A DNA stretch of 64,000 bases from a virus (taxonomy: Duplodnaviria; Caudoviricetes): positions 161,757 to 225,756 of the IMG/VR virus record IMGVR_UViG_3300025389_000010; one strand, written 5' to 3'. The position numbers and the translations under genes were made by a program. This document shows positions 19,922 to 29,842 of the stretch, in pieces (positions within the stretch are counted from its first letter, which is position 1; each line of letters opens with the position of its first letter). The notes under the pieces were generated by a model. It did not search any database and was not told the origin of the DNA. It worked only from the letters and a program-made list of their open reading frames with translations.

Positions 19922-20254
19922 TCATTTTTTCTTTGTTGTTTTCTTTTTTGTTGTTTTCTTTTTGGGTTTTGGTGGAGCAATTATAGCATCAAGTTCTTCT
20001 TTTGTAAACTTAAATCCTGTTGATTGTACATTATAAATGTCCAGAATTGAAAGTCCTTCTTCTGCCAAGAAGTTGATTCTGTTCTTCACACATTCTTGGT
20101 TATAAACAGTTATAGGCTCATTTGCAATTTTCTGCAACTCTAAAAAGATATTTTCCAATTCATTTTCAGAACCATTGTAATAATCATAATACACAGGTTC
20201 CGGATTAAAAGATCCACAATTGAAGAAATCTCTGATTTTTTGAAGAATGCTCAT
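19922..20254 (-). CDS. Hypothetical protein with a Lys-rich tail
   Basis: 110 aa; TTGACA-16-TAAATT-6 nt-ATG promoter upstream. Confidence 0.65.
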   Translation of the reverse strand: MSILQKIRDFFNCGSFNPEPVYYDYYNGSENELENIFLELQKIANEPITVYNQECVKNRINFLAEEGLSILDIYNVQSTGFKFTKEELDAIIAPPKPKKKTTKKKTTKKK

Positions 20255-20284
20255 GTAAACAATTTAACTTGTTTTTTTAATTTG

Positions 20285-20962
20285 TCAAGCAATTGGATTT
20301 TTTCTACCACCAAATGCTCCTCCGTGTTGGGCAAGAGCAAAGGCGGGTGGCATTAAAGATCTTGGTGTTTCGGGATCTTTTTGTTTTAAAATATGTTCGA
20401 TGAGCTTTGCAAGTTCATCATTTACAATTTGATGGACAGCAATATCTTTTTCTTGATTTTGAATAATTTTATTGATTGTTGCTCTAATTTCTTCGTGTTT
20501 TAAAAGAAATTTGATATTTTCTTCCTTTTGTTTTTTATCTAAATTCTTATAATAATTTTCTAATCTAGATTTAACAGCTTCACCAGCTTTACCGATACCA
20601 GCAACAGCAGCTGTTATAATCGCAGGTGTTATCCAAAACATTATTTTGTCATGAAAACTTTCTGGACCACTTGTTGTAGTAAACGCATGCCACATTTCTT
20701 GAAAGCCCATGAATACTGTTTTTAATGCATCAGATACAGTACCAAAATCCAAAGCTTCTTTTATTTTACTATATTTCCCGCAATCGCATTTGTCTACTGG
20801 TCTGTGACATTCATCACACATATCGGTATGATCGTTGCAATTACACTCTTCTTCTCCGCCACATTCGCATTCATGTGATTCCGTTTCCTCTGTTTCTTCA
20901 TTGAGATGAACCATGCGATAAGCTTCTTCTAGGCTGATTTGTTCTTTTGAGTTTGAGTACAT
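20285..20962 (-). CDS. Hypothetical protein with a Cys/His-rich segment, probably virion-associated
   Basis: Leader EQISLEEAY...LNE; HECECGGEEECNCNDHTDMCDECH segment. Confidence 0.65.
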   Translation of the reverse strand: MYSNSKEQISLEEAYRMVHLNEETEETESHECECGGEEECNCNDHTDMCDECHRPVDKCDCGKYSKIKEALDFGTVSDALKTVFMGFQEMWHAFTTTSGPESFHDKIMFWITPAIITAAVAGIGKAGEAVKSRLENYYKNLDKKQKEENIKFLLKHEEIRATINKIIQNQEKDIAVHQIVNDELAKLIEHILKQKDPETPRSLMPPAFALAQHGGAFGGRKNPIA

Positions 20963-20984
20963 ATATTAATTACTTACTTGTGTT

Positions 20985-21215
20985 TTATTTCAGATTCAAT
21001 ACTTTATTTAAATCGTTTGCCAGCTTCATGGCAGATGCAATACTGAGATTGATTAAAATGCCTTCAAAAGATATTTGAATGGTGGTGTCTTCATTGACTT
21101 CACCAGTTTCGTCAAATATCTCTTTGATGGTAAAATGTTTGATTACAAGATTTAATTTCTTTTTTCTTGCTTTTTCATTTTCTTTTACCCTCATTCTTTT
21201 ATTATAGTTTACCAT
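20985..21215 (-). CDS. Hypothetical protein
   Basis: 76-aa ORF in the operon. Confidence 0.6.
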   Translation of the reverse strand: MVNYNKRMRVKENEKARKKKLNLVIKHFTIKEIFDETGEVNEDTTIQISFEGILINLSIASAMKLANDLNKVLNLK

Positions 21216-21252
21216 TCTATAATACTTATGAGGTTAAATATACGTAATATTA

Positions 21253-21864
21253 TTAAATACGGTTTTTAGTAAACATATCTGCAAATATATCTGCTACGTC
21301 AATGTCAGCTTGAATTGATTCCTTTTCTTTCTCGTCTTGTGTTTCTTCCTTTTTCTTTTTAAGTTCATCTGATTTATCAATAAGATTATCAACGGTTTTT
21401 CTTTTATTTAATCCATCTATTGTATTATTAAAAAACTCTTCTGATTTATCATAATTTTCATTTATATTAAGATTTTTTAAGTTAAACCTTTTGGTATTCA
21501 ACACCTTCCATATTGGTTTAAATGTTCCATTAGAATAAATTCTTTGAACACATACAATATTTTCACCGGATTCGTTTGTAAAAATTCCAGCAAAAATAAG
21601 TGTAGGTCTGGCATCGGTTGTTGGTTGATTTGTATTTAAGTAACTTGTATTTTCTATTATTGCTTCTTTTAGTGTCAACGTTGAAGCTAATTTAGGATTA
21701 AGATCCGTTGTTTGTGATAACTGTTGCTGTACATCATTTAGAAGAATTTTTTTATTTTCATCATTTGAGTTATCAACAGGGAAATACCATTCAAAAAATT
21801 TTAATCCATCTAAAGTTTGTTCTGATATTTCTATCTTTGATTTTTGGTCTATTACAATTTTCAT
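21253..21864 (-). CDS. Hypothetical protein
   Basis: 203-aa ORF. Confidence 0.65.
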   Translation of the reverse strand: MKIVIDQKSKIEISEQTLDGLKFFEWYFPVDNSNDENKKILLNDVQQQLSQTTDLNPKLASTLTLKEAIIENTSYLNTNQPTTDARPTLIFAGIFTNESGENIVCVQRIYSNGTFKPIWKVLNTKRFNLKNLNINENYDKSEEFFNNTIDGLNKRKTVDNLIDKSDELKKKKEETQDEKEKESIQADIDVADIFADMFTKNRI

Positions 21865-21920
21865 TTTTAATATTTACAACGAGTTGATATTAAGTGTATA
21901 AATATAAATATAAATATATC

Positions 21921-22784
21921 ATGCGATTTAACAGAGATCAACAAAAATTAATGGCATTATACGAATCTGTTTATTCTATAATAAAAGAAGAAGACGATAA
22001 ACATAAAAAAGGTGAAGCTGGTATGTCACCAAAGCTACAAGATGCTTTCTATACAAAACTTCACAAAGCAAAGGATGTGGTTTTAGCACTTGATCCTTAT
22101 GCTTATGGTATTTTAAATCAATTAACCGTAAAACCAACCTTTACTGTTGAAACAATGGCTGTTAATCTTAATAAACAAATTTTCATAAATCCAAGGTATA
22201 TGTTAGAAGAATTATCTGTATACCAAACAGCTGCTGTTCTTATACATGAAACAATGCACTATTCGTTAAACAGTTTTCACAGAATGGGCATAAGAGATTT
22301 GGAACTTTGGAATATAGCTACTGATTATTTTATCAACATGTATATACATAGAGATTTTCAACATATTAGAGTTAGATTACCAAAAGGTGTCATGATGCCG
22401 TCAAAAGTTGGTGACAGGTATATAATAAAAAAATACAAAAATCTTAATATAAACGGGATAGATACATCTAATGGATTAGATATAACAAATCTTACAGCTG
22501 AAGCATTGTATGAAATATTTGAAACATTAAGAGAAAGAGGTGAAAAAACAGAAGAACTAAAAGAAGATGAAGAAAAACAAAAAAAGGTATCTCAACATAA
22601 CCCCAAACCAAAAGGTCAACCTAAACCATTAGAAGTTGGTAAAGTGATAAGAGATACAAAAACTGGAGAATACGGTATTGTAACAAGTATTGATGAAAAA
22701 ACAGGCGAGTTTACATATAAAGAAATTAGTAAAAAAGAAGCATACGAAAAAGCAAAAAATGCAAACCCAAGAGTAAACTATTAA
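21921..22784 (+). CDS. DUF2201_N-like zincin metallopeptidase
   Basis: VETMAVN...AAVLIHETMHY (HExxH)...WNIATDYFIN; start refined to the ATG after the TATAAATA repeats. Confidence 0.8.
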   Translation: MRFNRDQQKLMALYESVYSIIKEEDDKHKKGEAGMSPKLQDAFYTKLHKAKDVVLALDPYAYGILNQLTVKPTFTVETMAVNLNKQIFINPRYMLEELSVYQTAAVLIHETMHYSLNSFHRMGIRDLELWNIATDYFINMYIHRDFQHIRVRLPKGVMMPSKVGDRYIIKKYKNLNINGIDTSNGLDITNLTAEALYEIFETLRERGEKTEELKEDEEKQKKVSQHNPKPKGQPKPLEVGKVIRDTKTGEYGIVTSIDEKTGEFTYKEISKKEAYEKAKNANPRVNY

Positions 22785-22787
22785 AAT

Positions 22788-24050
22788 ATGAAAAAACAAA
22801 AAATCAAATACGCTAAAATCATAGAATATAAACCACCACAAGGCGGTGGAGGCGGTGGTGGGGGTCCACAACCACCACCTGAACCAGAACCAGAAAATGT
22901 TGAAACCTTTAGTGATGATGAAAAGGATAAACAAAATGGTAATGATCAAGAACAAGAAGGTGACGAACAAGATCAAAAAGGTAAAGGTGGTAAAAGCGGT
23001 AAAGGTCGCAAAGATGAAAATGATCTTGATGAAGATAATGAAGATTTTGAAGGATCTGCCGAAGATGAAGACGGAGAATCCGAAGGTGATGATTTTGGCG
23101 ACAACAAACAAAAAGGTAAAGGTGGACAAGAAGAAGATGATGATGATGACGATTTAACAGAAAAAACAGGAAACGGTGAACATGATTTAGATGATGAAAC
23201 CCAAAAGGAATTAAATGATCTTGATGATAGTACACCGAAAACATATCAAGATACAGATGGTGGCGAAGAAGGTGGCGAAGAAGGTGGCTATCCCGGCAAT
23301 CCTGTAGATTTTATAGAAGCTGAAAATTTTAAAAGACAACACGAAAACTCTGGAAAAAGAGGAATAGGTAAATCATCATTTTATGATAAAGTAAAAAAAA
23401 TAGATGCGAGTAATTCAAATGTTGCATGGAGAACACTTTTGCGCAATTTTTTTGGTACAAAATTAATAAGAGAATTAGATCCCGGAAAAATGAAAATAAG
23501 AGATGCTGTTTCCATGAGACAGATTAATCCGGGATATACAATACATGAAAATCAAAACCCTGAAATATTAGTACTGGTTGATACATCTGGTTCAGTTTCA
23601 GAAAATTCTTTAAGAACATTCATGTGTGAGATCGTCAATATTGCATTTAAATCAAAGAAAACACCATTACTTAGAATATTATTTTTTGATGATATAGTTA
23701 ACCAAGATTTAACAATTGACGTTTTAAAAACAAAACAAGATGAAATGTTAAGAATAATGAATAACTTACAAACAACCCGTGATGGAACAACAATACAATG
23801 TGTTAAAAAATATTTGGAAGATCCAGAGAAAAATAAAAAAAATTATAAGCAAGATAAAAATAAAAAATACGAAGGACTTATAATTTTTACGGATGGTTGT
23901 TTAGGAGATGATCTTAGAATGGATCAATTACCAAAACATAAAAACATGTTAAACTTTATTATTCAAGATAAGAAAGGTTATAATTGCTTAAATCCTCTAA
24001 AAAAATTAAACCCATCAAATACACATTTATTACCATTCATTATAAAATAA
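22788..24050 (+). CDS. vWA-domain protein (DUF2201 C-terminal type) with an acidic low-complexity N-region
   Basis: LVDTSGSVS (MIDAS DxSxS), GTT and IIFTDG motifs. Confidence 0.8.
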   Translation: MKKQKIKYAKIIEYKPPQGGGGGGGGPQPPPEPEPENVETFSDDEKDKQNGNDQEQEGDEQDQKGKGGKSGKGRKDENDLDEDNEDFEGSAEDEDGESEGDDFGDNKQKGKGGQEEDDDDDDLTEKTGNGEHDLDDETQKELNDLDDSTPKTYQDTDGGEEGGEEGGYPGNPVDFIEAENFKRQHENSGKRGIGKSSFYDKVKKIDASNSNVAWRTLLRNFFGTKLIRELDPGKMKIRDAVSMRQINPGYTIHENQNPEILVLVDTSGSVSENSLRTFMCEIVNIAFKSKKTPLLRILFFDDIVNQDLTIDVLKTKQDEMLRIMNNLQTTRDGTTIQCVKKYLEDPEKNKKNYKQDKNKKYEGLIIFTDGCLGDDLRMDQLPKHKNMLNFIIQDKKGYNCLNPLKKLNPSNTHLLPFIIK

Positions 24051-24080
24051 ATTGTAAGTATAAAGGATAAATATTAAAAA

Positions 24081-25868
24081 ATGAATTCCAGAGACGATAA
24101 AAATTTAAAAAAAATTTATGCTTCTATTATAAACGAAGCGATAAAAAAACCCGCCGCATCTGAGTCTGAACATGAATGGACAAGCAAAGAAACACCATCA
24201 GCACCAAAATCTTCTGCACCTTCTATAGATACTAAAAAAACATTTGGTAGTCTCAAAGGTGATTTGGATGCAATTAATTCTGTTTTTTCTGATTTAGATA
24301 AACAAGAAACAAAATCTGGTTTCCGTATTCCGGAAGTAAAGTTACCACAGGCTTCACTTTCAAAACATATGAATGCTGGTATTGGGAATTTTAAAAGATA
24401 TAAGAAGGGTGAATTACCACAGTGGGGAAGAAGACAAGTTGAAAGATTAACAGAATTGGCATACAAATATAAAAAATCTTTCATGATATATGGTGAAGCC
24501 GGTATTGGTAAAAGTGATATTGTAAGAGAGCAGTGTGAAAAAATAGCAAAAAAAATAGGAAAAAGATTTGTTGATTGGGGTAAAATGAACGATCAACAAA
24601 GAGATGTTATTATTCAAAATCCAGAACATTTTTTTGTTGTGATGGAATTTAACATGAGTGAACAGGCAGATACCACTGATATTAAAGGTACACCAAAATT
24701 TGAACTCTCTGCAACCGAAAAAGATAAAACTTATTCCGTATGGGTTCCATCACAACAGGTTGATTTCTTAAGACAAGAAAATGCAGATGGTGTATTATTC
24801 TTGGACGAAGTTCTTCATAGGTCATTTGCAAAACCTTTATTGTTTAAACTTCTTAGAGAACGTCAAATGGGAACCATGCCCATTTCTAAAAAATTAGGAA
24901 TAGTAGCTGCTGGTAATACAGCAGAGTATGGTGATTATGAAGAAGTTGAAGCACTACATAAACCAGTCAGAACAAGATTTTCATTAGGTGTTGGTATACT
25001 TGTTGCAAATCCTAGAGAATGGGCAGATTGGGCAGCATCAAAAGGAATAGATCCTGTTGTTATTGGATTTGCTTTGTCAGAACCAGCAAAGACATTTTTA
25101 ATACAACCTGATCCGAATTTATCACCAGACGAAGAGTCAAAAGTTCCCGGTTATAAACCTATAGAAGATAGAATCGGAAAAAGTCCCGGTTATCCAAGCC
25201 CAAGATCAATTGTCGATTTTTCAGCAGAATATGCAATAATGTCAAATTTATTAGATGAATATGAAAAAACCGGTGATAGTTCTATTCTGGATAGTCCAGA
25301 ATTCAGAGGATATTCCGGTAAAGACTTTTTTAAAGATGCAGTTTGGGATTCAGCAGCAGCACATTGCGGAGCTACATGGGCAGATGAATTTATAACTTAT
25401 CTTAAAACGTGGGGTCTCATAGATTTAAAAACATTGATGGCGGATAAAAATTTACATAAAACTATAAAAACCAATAAAGATAATGAATTTACATCTTCAA
25501 AATTATCACAAATTGGTCTTAAGTTGGGAGCAATTGCAAGACAAGTTATAGATGATATTAATTCTGGAAAAATAAAAGAAGCACACGATGATGCTGTTTT
25601 TCTTACTAAAGCAATTCATCATATATTCATATCGGTGTTTAAGGCAGGACATAATGAACATGCAAAAAATACGTGGCAATTTGTTATCAATTCAATGAAA
25701 TCATCAATTGAAGAAGAAACACAAATGAATTCAAATACTATTAGTAGATTAATTATGGAATATATGAAAGGATTAAAAGATGATGAAAAAATAGAATTTG
25801 CAACAGCATTTAAAGGACAAAAATCAATAACCATAGATCAAAATGATCTTTTCAAAAGCTTCAAATAA
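24081..25868 (+). CDS. MoxR-type AAA+ ATPase
   Basis: Walker A GEAGIGKS, Walker B VLFLDE, sensor AAGN, RTRF arginine finger and PSPRS; adjacent to the vWA gene. Confidence 0.8.
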   Translation: MNSRDDKNLKKIYASIINEAIKKPAASESEHEWTSKETPSAPKSSAPSIDTKKTFGSLKGDLDAINSVFSDLDKQETKSGFRIPEVKLPQASLSKHMNAGIGNFKRYKKGELPQWGRRQVERLTELAYKYKKSFMIYGEAGIGKSDIVREQCEKIAKKIGKRFVDWGKMNDQQRDVIIQNPEHFFVVMEFNMSEQADTTDIKGTPKFELSATEKDKTYSVWVPSQQVDFLRQENADGVLFLDEVLHRSFAKPLLFKLLRERQMGTMPISKKLGIVAAGNTAEYGDYEEVEALHKPVRTRFSLGVGILVANPREWADWAASKGIDPVVIGFALSEPAKTFLIQPDPNLSPDEESKVPGYKPIEDRIGKSPGYPSPRSIVDFSAEYAIMSNLLDEYEKTGDSSILDSPEFRGYSGKDFFKDAVWDSAAAHCGATWADEFITYLKTWGLIDLKTLMADKNLHKTIKTNKDNEFTSSKLSQIGLKLGAIARQVIDDINSGKIKEAHDDAVFLTKAIHHIFISVFKAGHNEHAKNTWQFVINSMKSSIEEETQMNSNTISRLIMEYMKGLKDDEKIEFATAFKGQKSITIDQNDLFKSFK

Positions 25869-25873
25869 TAACA

Positions 25874-26362
25874 ATGAAAAATAACAAAAATCAAATATTA
25901 AAAAAACTCGCAGATAGGTATGTCTATGAAAAAGACAGACTTACAAACGAAGAATATAATATGCTTGCTGAATCCAGTTTCTACAAGCACATTCTTTATC
26001 CAAGAACAAGTGTTTTTGATACACTTGTGGAAACAGCAATAGTTGATGATGCTCAGTTAAATACTAAGTTTTCCGAACATGAACACGATGGTACATCAAA
26101 CCCACTTGATGCAGATAGAGAGAAAGTCAGAAAACTTATACAAGACGGTATAGAAGTTGAATTTCCCGGTCTTAATCCACATTCAAAAGAATATCCAGAT
26201 GAAGAATCTGTAAATGTAGATGATTTAAAAGAGTTTATAGCAAGATGGGCATATTTACATATTCATCATAAATTAACCTTATCAAAAATACATAGTATAT
26301 TATCTCGTAATGATACCGTAGAACATATCATGCACGATTTATTCTCAACAGCTGGTATATAA
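25874..26362 (+). CDS. Hypothetical protein
   Basis: 162-aa ORF in the operon. Confidence 0.65.
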   Translation: MKNNKNQILKKLADRYVYEKDRLTNEEYNMLAESSFYKHILYPRTSVFDTLVETAIVDDAQLNTKFSEHEHDGTSNPLDADREKVRKLIQDGIEVEFPGLNPHSKEYPDEESVNVDDLKEFIARWAYLHIHHKLTLSKIHSILSRNDTVEHIMHDLFSTAGI

Positions 26363-26363
26363 A

Positions 26364-27185
26364 ATGGAAAAGGAATTTGATAAAAACTATCATTTTAAAA
26401 TTGTTCTAAAAACACTAATCGAACATTTCAATGAAATGGTAGAGGATGATAACGGATTTGAAAGGTTTTATGTAGATCCGGAGTTTATTAAAATGCGTTA
26501 TGTCAATGACCATATTGATCAAAACGATAGAAAATTAATCGATTCAATAAAAGACCCAAAAGAAAAAAATAAGCTCATCAAAGATTATGTAAAAGCAAAG
26601 TATTTCGGTAGATACATATCACACCTTCATAATGTAAAAATAAGAATAACCCAATCAGGACATTTACAGATTCATACAGAAAATGATATCGGAGTTATAC
26701 ATATTGGTAACAAACTTGCATTTGATCATTTACCGGTAATAATAGATTCTTTTACAGGCGGTGGAACACTTGATGTTTCCAGTAATGAATTAAAATCACT
26801 TGTCAATTTACCCAAAGAAGTAATGGGCAACTTTGATTGTTCCCATAATGAACTAACAACACTAGAAGGTGGCCCTACTATAGTAGCGGGTGATTATAAT
26901 TGTGCAGATAACCCATTACAAAACTTAAATGGTGTACCGCAAAAAATAAATGGTAAATTCACTTGCAGTTTAGACCCTGAAGCAATAGGTTGGGACCAAA
27001 TACCAATGGCAAAAGAATATCATCTTGCAACATCCAGCGGTAAAATATATTCAAACGATGATATTAAAAAAAATATAGGTCGTGCAAAAAGAACAAATTC
27101 AATCAAGGCAAGTGCGGAATCCGGTACAGACGTAGATAAAGACTTTGCAAGTACATTTGCAGATTACATGAGTAAGGTAACCTAA
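26364..27185 (+). CDS. Leucine-rich-repeat-like phage protein
   Basis: Repeats G.(L/F)DVSSNELKSL..LP / GNFDCSHNELTTLEGGP / GDYNCADNPLQNL.G.P. Confidence 0.7.
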   Translation: MEKEFDKNYHFKIVLKTLIEHFNEMVEDDNGFERFYVDPEFIKMRYVNDHIDQNDRKLIDSIKDPKEKNKLIKDYVKAKYFGRYISHLHNVKIRITQSGHLQIHTENDIGVIHIGNKLAFDHLPVIIDSFTGGGTLDVSSNELKSLVNLPKEVMGNFDCSHNELTTLEGGPTIVAGDYNCADNPLQNLNGVPQKINGKFTCSLDPEAIGWDQIPMAKEYHLATSSGKIYSNDDIKKNIGRAKRTNSIKASAESGTDVDKDFASTFADYMSKVT

Positions 27186-27340
27186 AAGTCTTCCTTTGAC
27201 AAAACAACAGTACTATAAGGAAAACAACATCCTGCTCCAACCGTATAATACCATCTTCCACCATAATTGGGCTTATAATACTTAATATCCCTGCAAGTAC
27301 AACCGGACAACATTACCAAACAGACAAAAAATTTTTTCAT
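27182..27340 (-). CDS. Small lipoprotein (52 aa, not in the ORF track)
   Basis: MKKFFVCLVMLSG-C lipobox signal peptide. Confidence 0.5.
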   Translation of the reverse strand: MKKFFVCLVMLSGCTCRDIKYYKPNYGGRWYYTVGAGCCFPYSTVVLSKEDF

Positions 27341-27397
27341 ATATCCATTATAGGATATTTCAAAAACCTAACAGTATCAAGATAAATATATTATAAC

Positions 27398-27700
27398 ATG
27401 AAAAACAAAGATCAAATTATATTAGAACATTTATATAGTGAAATGTTAGATTCCCATGACGAGTTAGATTCCCATGATGAAAAAGATTTTTTAGCTGATA
27501 AACATAATTTATTACAAAAATTAAGAGAATATTTTGCTATAATGAAAAATGAACATATAGAAAAAAATATAAAATTTATAGAAGATCTTGGTGAACTTTG
27601 TTGCAAAAATAATCCAGATGACCCTGCGGGTAAAGAAATAAAATCATTAGTACGTAGCATGAAAGCAATGTATAAACTTAAAAACGATTATCATCAATAA
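27398..27700 (+). CDS. Hypothetical protein, probably virion-associated
   Basis: Leader MKNKDQIILEHLY; ATAAATA upstream. Confidence 0.65.
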   Translation: MKNKDQIILEHLYSEMLDSHDELDSHDEKDFLADKHNLLQKLREYFAIMKNEHIEKNIKFIEDLGELCCKNNPDDPAGKEIKSLVRSMKAMYKLKNDYHQ

Positions 27701-27707
27701 GATATAA

Positions 27708-28574
27708 TCACATTACGAATATCTTCCCAATTGCACTTGCTATCAGATCTTCTATGGCATAACGTATGGAAGACTCGTAATCTTCTATAAGCTGTTGAAT
27801 ATCATCACTTTCATCCGTAGAACGTCTTTTATATGGACCCTGCGGATGACCCCATGCATATCGAAGTGCCAACATATTGGGTAAATCACGGTTAAACCTT
27901 ACAGTTCCTGTTATTATATACTGGGCAATAACTTCATTGGTAAACTCCGCATCGTTTCTTAAATTCTTATCCCTTGCAGATTTAAATGTGCCAAGAGCAT
28001 GGGCAACCTCAAGTTTTATCTTATCCTTGCGCCTATCATATTGCCCATAATTTTGCTTTACATTGGAACCGTAAATCTTATCCGCTATCTTTGATATAAG
28101 TTGTTGAACATTGCCTTCCACCAATTTATACGGTGTCATGGAATTATATTTCATATAATCCTTTGATTTTCTCAAGGCATGACCAAATCTATGAGCCAAA
28201 GTCCATGCAGTAGCAGGAACCTTTTCGCTTCCTTTGTTATTAGTATAAATTATGGTTATATTATCAGGATTAAAGTCAATATCTAATTTAAGATTATCCT
28301 TTACCCATTGTTCCGATACCTCCCCAACTTCTGTATGTTTCCATCCTTCCTTCGTAGAAACCAAATACATATCAACATCTTCCGGTAATTTACTCCAAAG
28401 ATTCTTAATCTTTTCCACACCGGAAGGAGAAGTCACAATACCTCTACTAGCCTTGTCCCAACCCCTTGGTTTATCCTTTGGTTCCCATTCTCCTATTCTC
28501 TCAAATGTATTTATAGGAGCCTCTTTTATTAATTTATAGGTTTCTCCCAATAAAAACTGATCTTTATCTCGCAT
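27708..28574 (-). CDS. Hypothetical protein, probably virion-associated
   Basis: Leader MRDKDQFLLGETYKLIKE; TATAAATA upstream; contains HRFGH. Confidence 0.7.
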   Translation of the reverse strand: MRDKDQFLLGETYKLIKEAPINTFERIGEWEPKDKPRGWDKASRGIVTSPSGVEKIKNLWSKLPEDVDMYLVSTKEGWKHTEVGEVSEQWVKDNLKLDIDFNPDNITIIYTNNKGSEKVPATAWTLAHRFGHALRKSKDYMKYNSMTPYKLVEGNVQQLISKIADKIYGSNVKQNYGQYDRRKDKIKLEVAHALGTFKSARDKNLRNDAEFTNEVIAQYIITGTVRFNRDLPNMLALRYAWGHPQGPYKRRSTDESDDIQQLIEDYESSIRYAIEDLIASAIGKIFVM

Positions 28575-28627
28575 TAATATATTTATACATTGACAATAAT
28601 ATATTACATGATAATATAAGCAAAACT

Positions 28628-29146
28628 ATGAACGAAGAAATCTGGAAAGACATATCAGGATATGAAGAAAAATATCAAGTATCCTCTCAAGGCAGAGTAA
28701 GAAGCTATAAGAAGTTTTCAAATTCCTATAAAATATTAAAGCCATATTATGTTAATGGATACCCCAAAATTATCCTAAGTCTCAATAATACCGTTAAGAA
28801 ATACAGAATACACAGGCTAATAGCAGAGGCATTTATTCCAAATCCTCACAATAAACCCTGTGTAAACCATATAAACGGTATCAAAGACGATAACAGAATG
28901 GAAAACCTAGAATGGGTAACATATTCTGAAAATATGAAACACGCCTTTAAAACCGGCCTTTTTATTCCCAAAACAGGCATAGAAAACAAAAAGTCCAAAA
29001 GATTATTAGTCTTTAAAGACGGAAACCACATAGCCACCCTTTATGGCTTAAAAGAACAAAAGGAATTCGGACTAAATGCCTGTAACATTTACCAATGTCT
29101 TAAAGGTATTATAAAGCAACATAAGGGATATACTTTTAAGAGATAG
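28628..29146 (+). mobile_element. NUMOD4-HNH homing endonuclease
   Basis: EIWKDI.GYE..YQVSS.GRVRS (NUMOD4); HRLIAEAFIPNP...VNHING.K.DNR..NLEW (HNH); TTGACA-16-TAATAT promoter at 28590-28617. Confidence 0.9.
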
Positions 29147-29212
29147 GTATACGCCCCCTTATATAGAAGGTATACCCCATACCCCACCCCTATATAGGGG
29201 GGCACTGCCCCC
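29147..29212. repeat. Cluster of short GC-clamped palindromes at the compositional boundary
   Basis: GGTATAC twice, CCTT-ATATAG-AAGG and the perfect CCCCTATATAGGGG (29187-29200). Confidence 0.6.
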
Positions 29213-29219
29213 AAACAAA

Positions 29220-29291
29220 CTTTGTTTTACAAATCGCCTAATAGCAAATTTTTGCAGATGGGGTCTGTTTTTACACTTTGTTTTACAAATC
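29220..29291. repeat. Two half-sites of the GATTTGTAAAACAAAG element
   Basis: CTTTGTTTTACAAATC at 29220-29235 and 29276-29291. Confidence 0.9.
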
Positions 29292-29324
29292 ACTCGATTT
29301 TTTTCCGACCCTGTGCAAAAAAAA

Positions 29325-29348
29325 ACCCGATCCATTTCTGGATCGGGT
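29325..29348 (-). terminator. Intrinsic terminator after the RHH gene
   Basis: ACCCGATCCA-GAAA-TGGATCGGGT followed by a T-tract on the minus strand. Confidence 0.85.
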
Positions 29349-29369
29349 CTTGTGTGAGGTGCTTCTGGC

Positions 29370-29588
29370 TTATGCCTTTGCCTTGGCCTTGGGCTTGGAA
29401 GCCTTGGGCTTCTCGGCAGGTGCAGGGGTGGCCTTGCTCTGGACATACTGACGGAGGACATGGACGATGAGCTTGGACAGGGTGACATCGAACATCTCGC
29501 CTTTGGCGATCTCTTCGAGGCTGGCCTTGAGTTCGTCCTCGCAACGGAAGGTGACCATTGAGGACTTCTGCTTGATTGTGGCTGACAT
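29370..29588 (-). CDS. Ribbon-helix-helix (CopG/Arc/MetJ-type) DNA-binding protein with a Lys/Ala/Pro tail
   Basis: MVTFRCEDELKASLEEIAKG...LSKLIVHVLRQYV fits the RHH strand-helix-helix pattern; alternative start at 29654. Confidence 0.75.
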   Translation of the reverse strand: MSATIKQKSSMVTFRCEDELKASLEEIAKGEMFDVTLSKLIVHVLRQYVQSKATPAPAEKPKASKPKAKAKA

Positions 29589-29660
29589 GGGCGTTTGTGT
29601 TTTTGGGTTACGGCAAGCGTGACCGGCGTTGTGCTGGTGCGTTCCGATTGCCATATTGAA

Positions 29661-29689
29661 AGACTAGTCTCGTGCCTTTCGTTGGTCAA
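29661..29689 (-). promoter_or_regulatory. sigma70-type promoter of the RHH gene
   Basis: TTGACC-17-TAGTCT preceded by A-tracts. Confidence 0.7.
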
Positions 29690-29800
29690 CGACTATTTTC
29701 GTTGCCCTTCACTTTTTTTCTAGGGTGCAAAGTCGGTGTGTGAAACGGGGTTGTATTTTTACAGGGTGTGGCATTACCGCAGAGGTTGGTTTTCAGGAAC

Positions 29801-29842
29801 GATTTGTAAAACAAAGAATGTTCAAACTTTGTTTTACAAATC
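29801..29842. repeat. 42-bp palindromic element, copy 1
   Basis: GATTTGTAAAACAAAG-AATGTTCAAA-CTTTGTTTTACAAATC. Confidence 0.95.

Noticed and set aside
22782-22790. Programmed read-through fusing the peptidase and vWA genes
   Set aside because: The stop is TAA, the commonest terminator here, and the second ORF has its own ATG; kept only as a point to verify in reads
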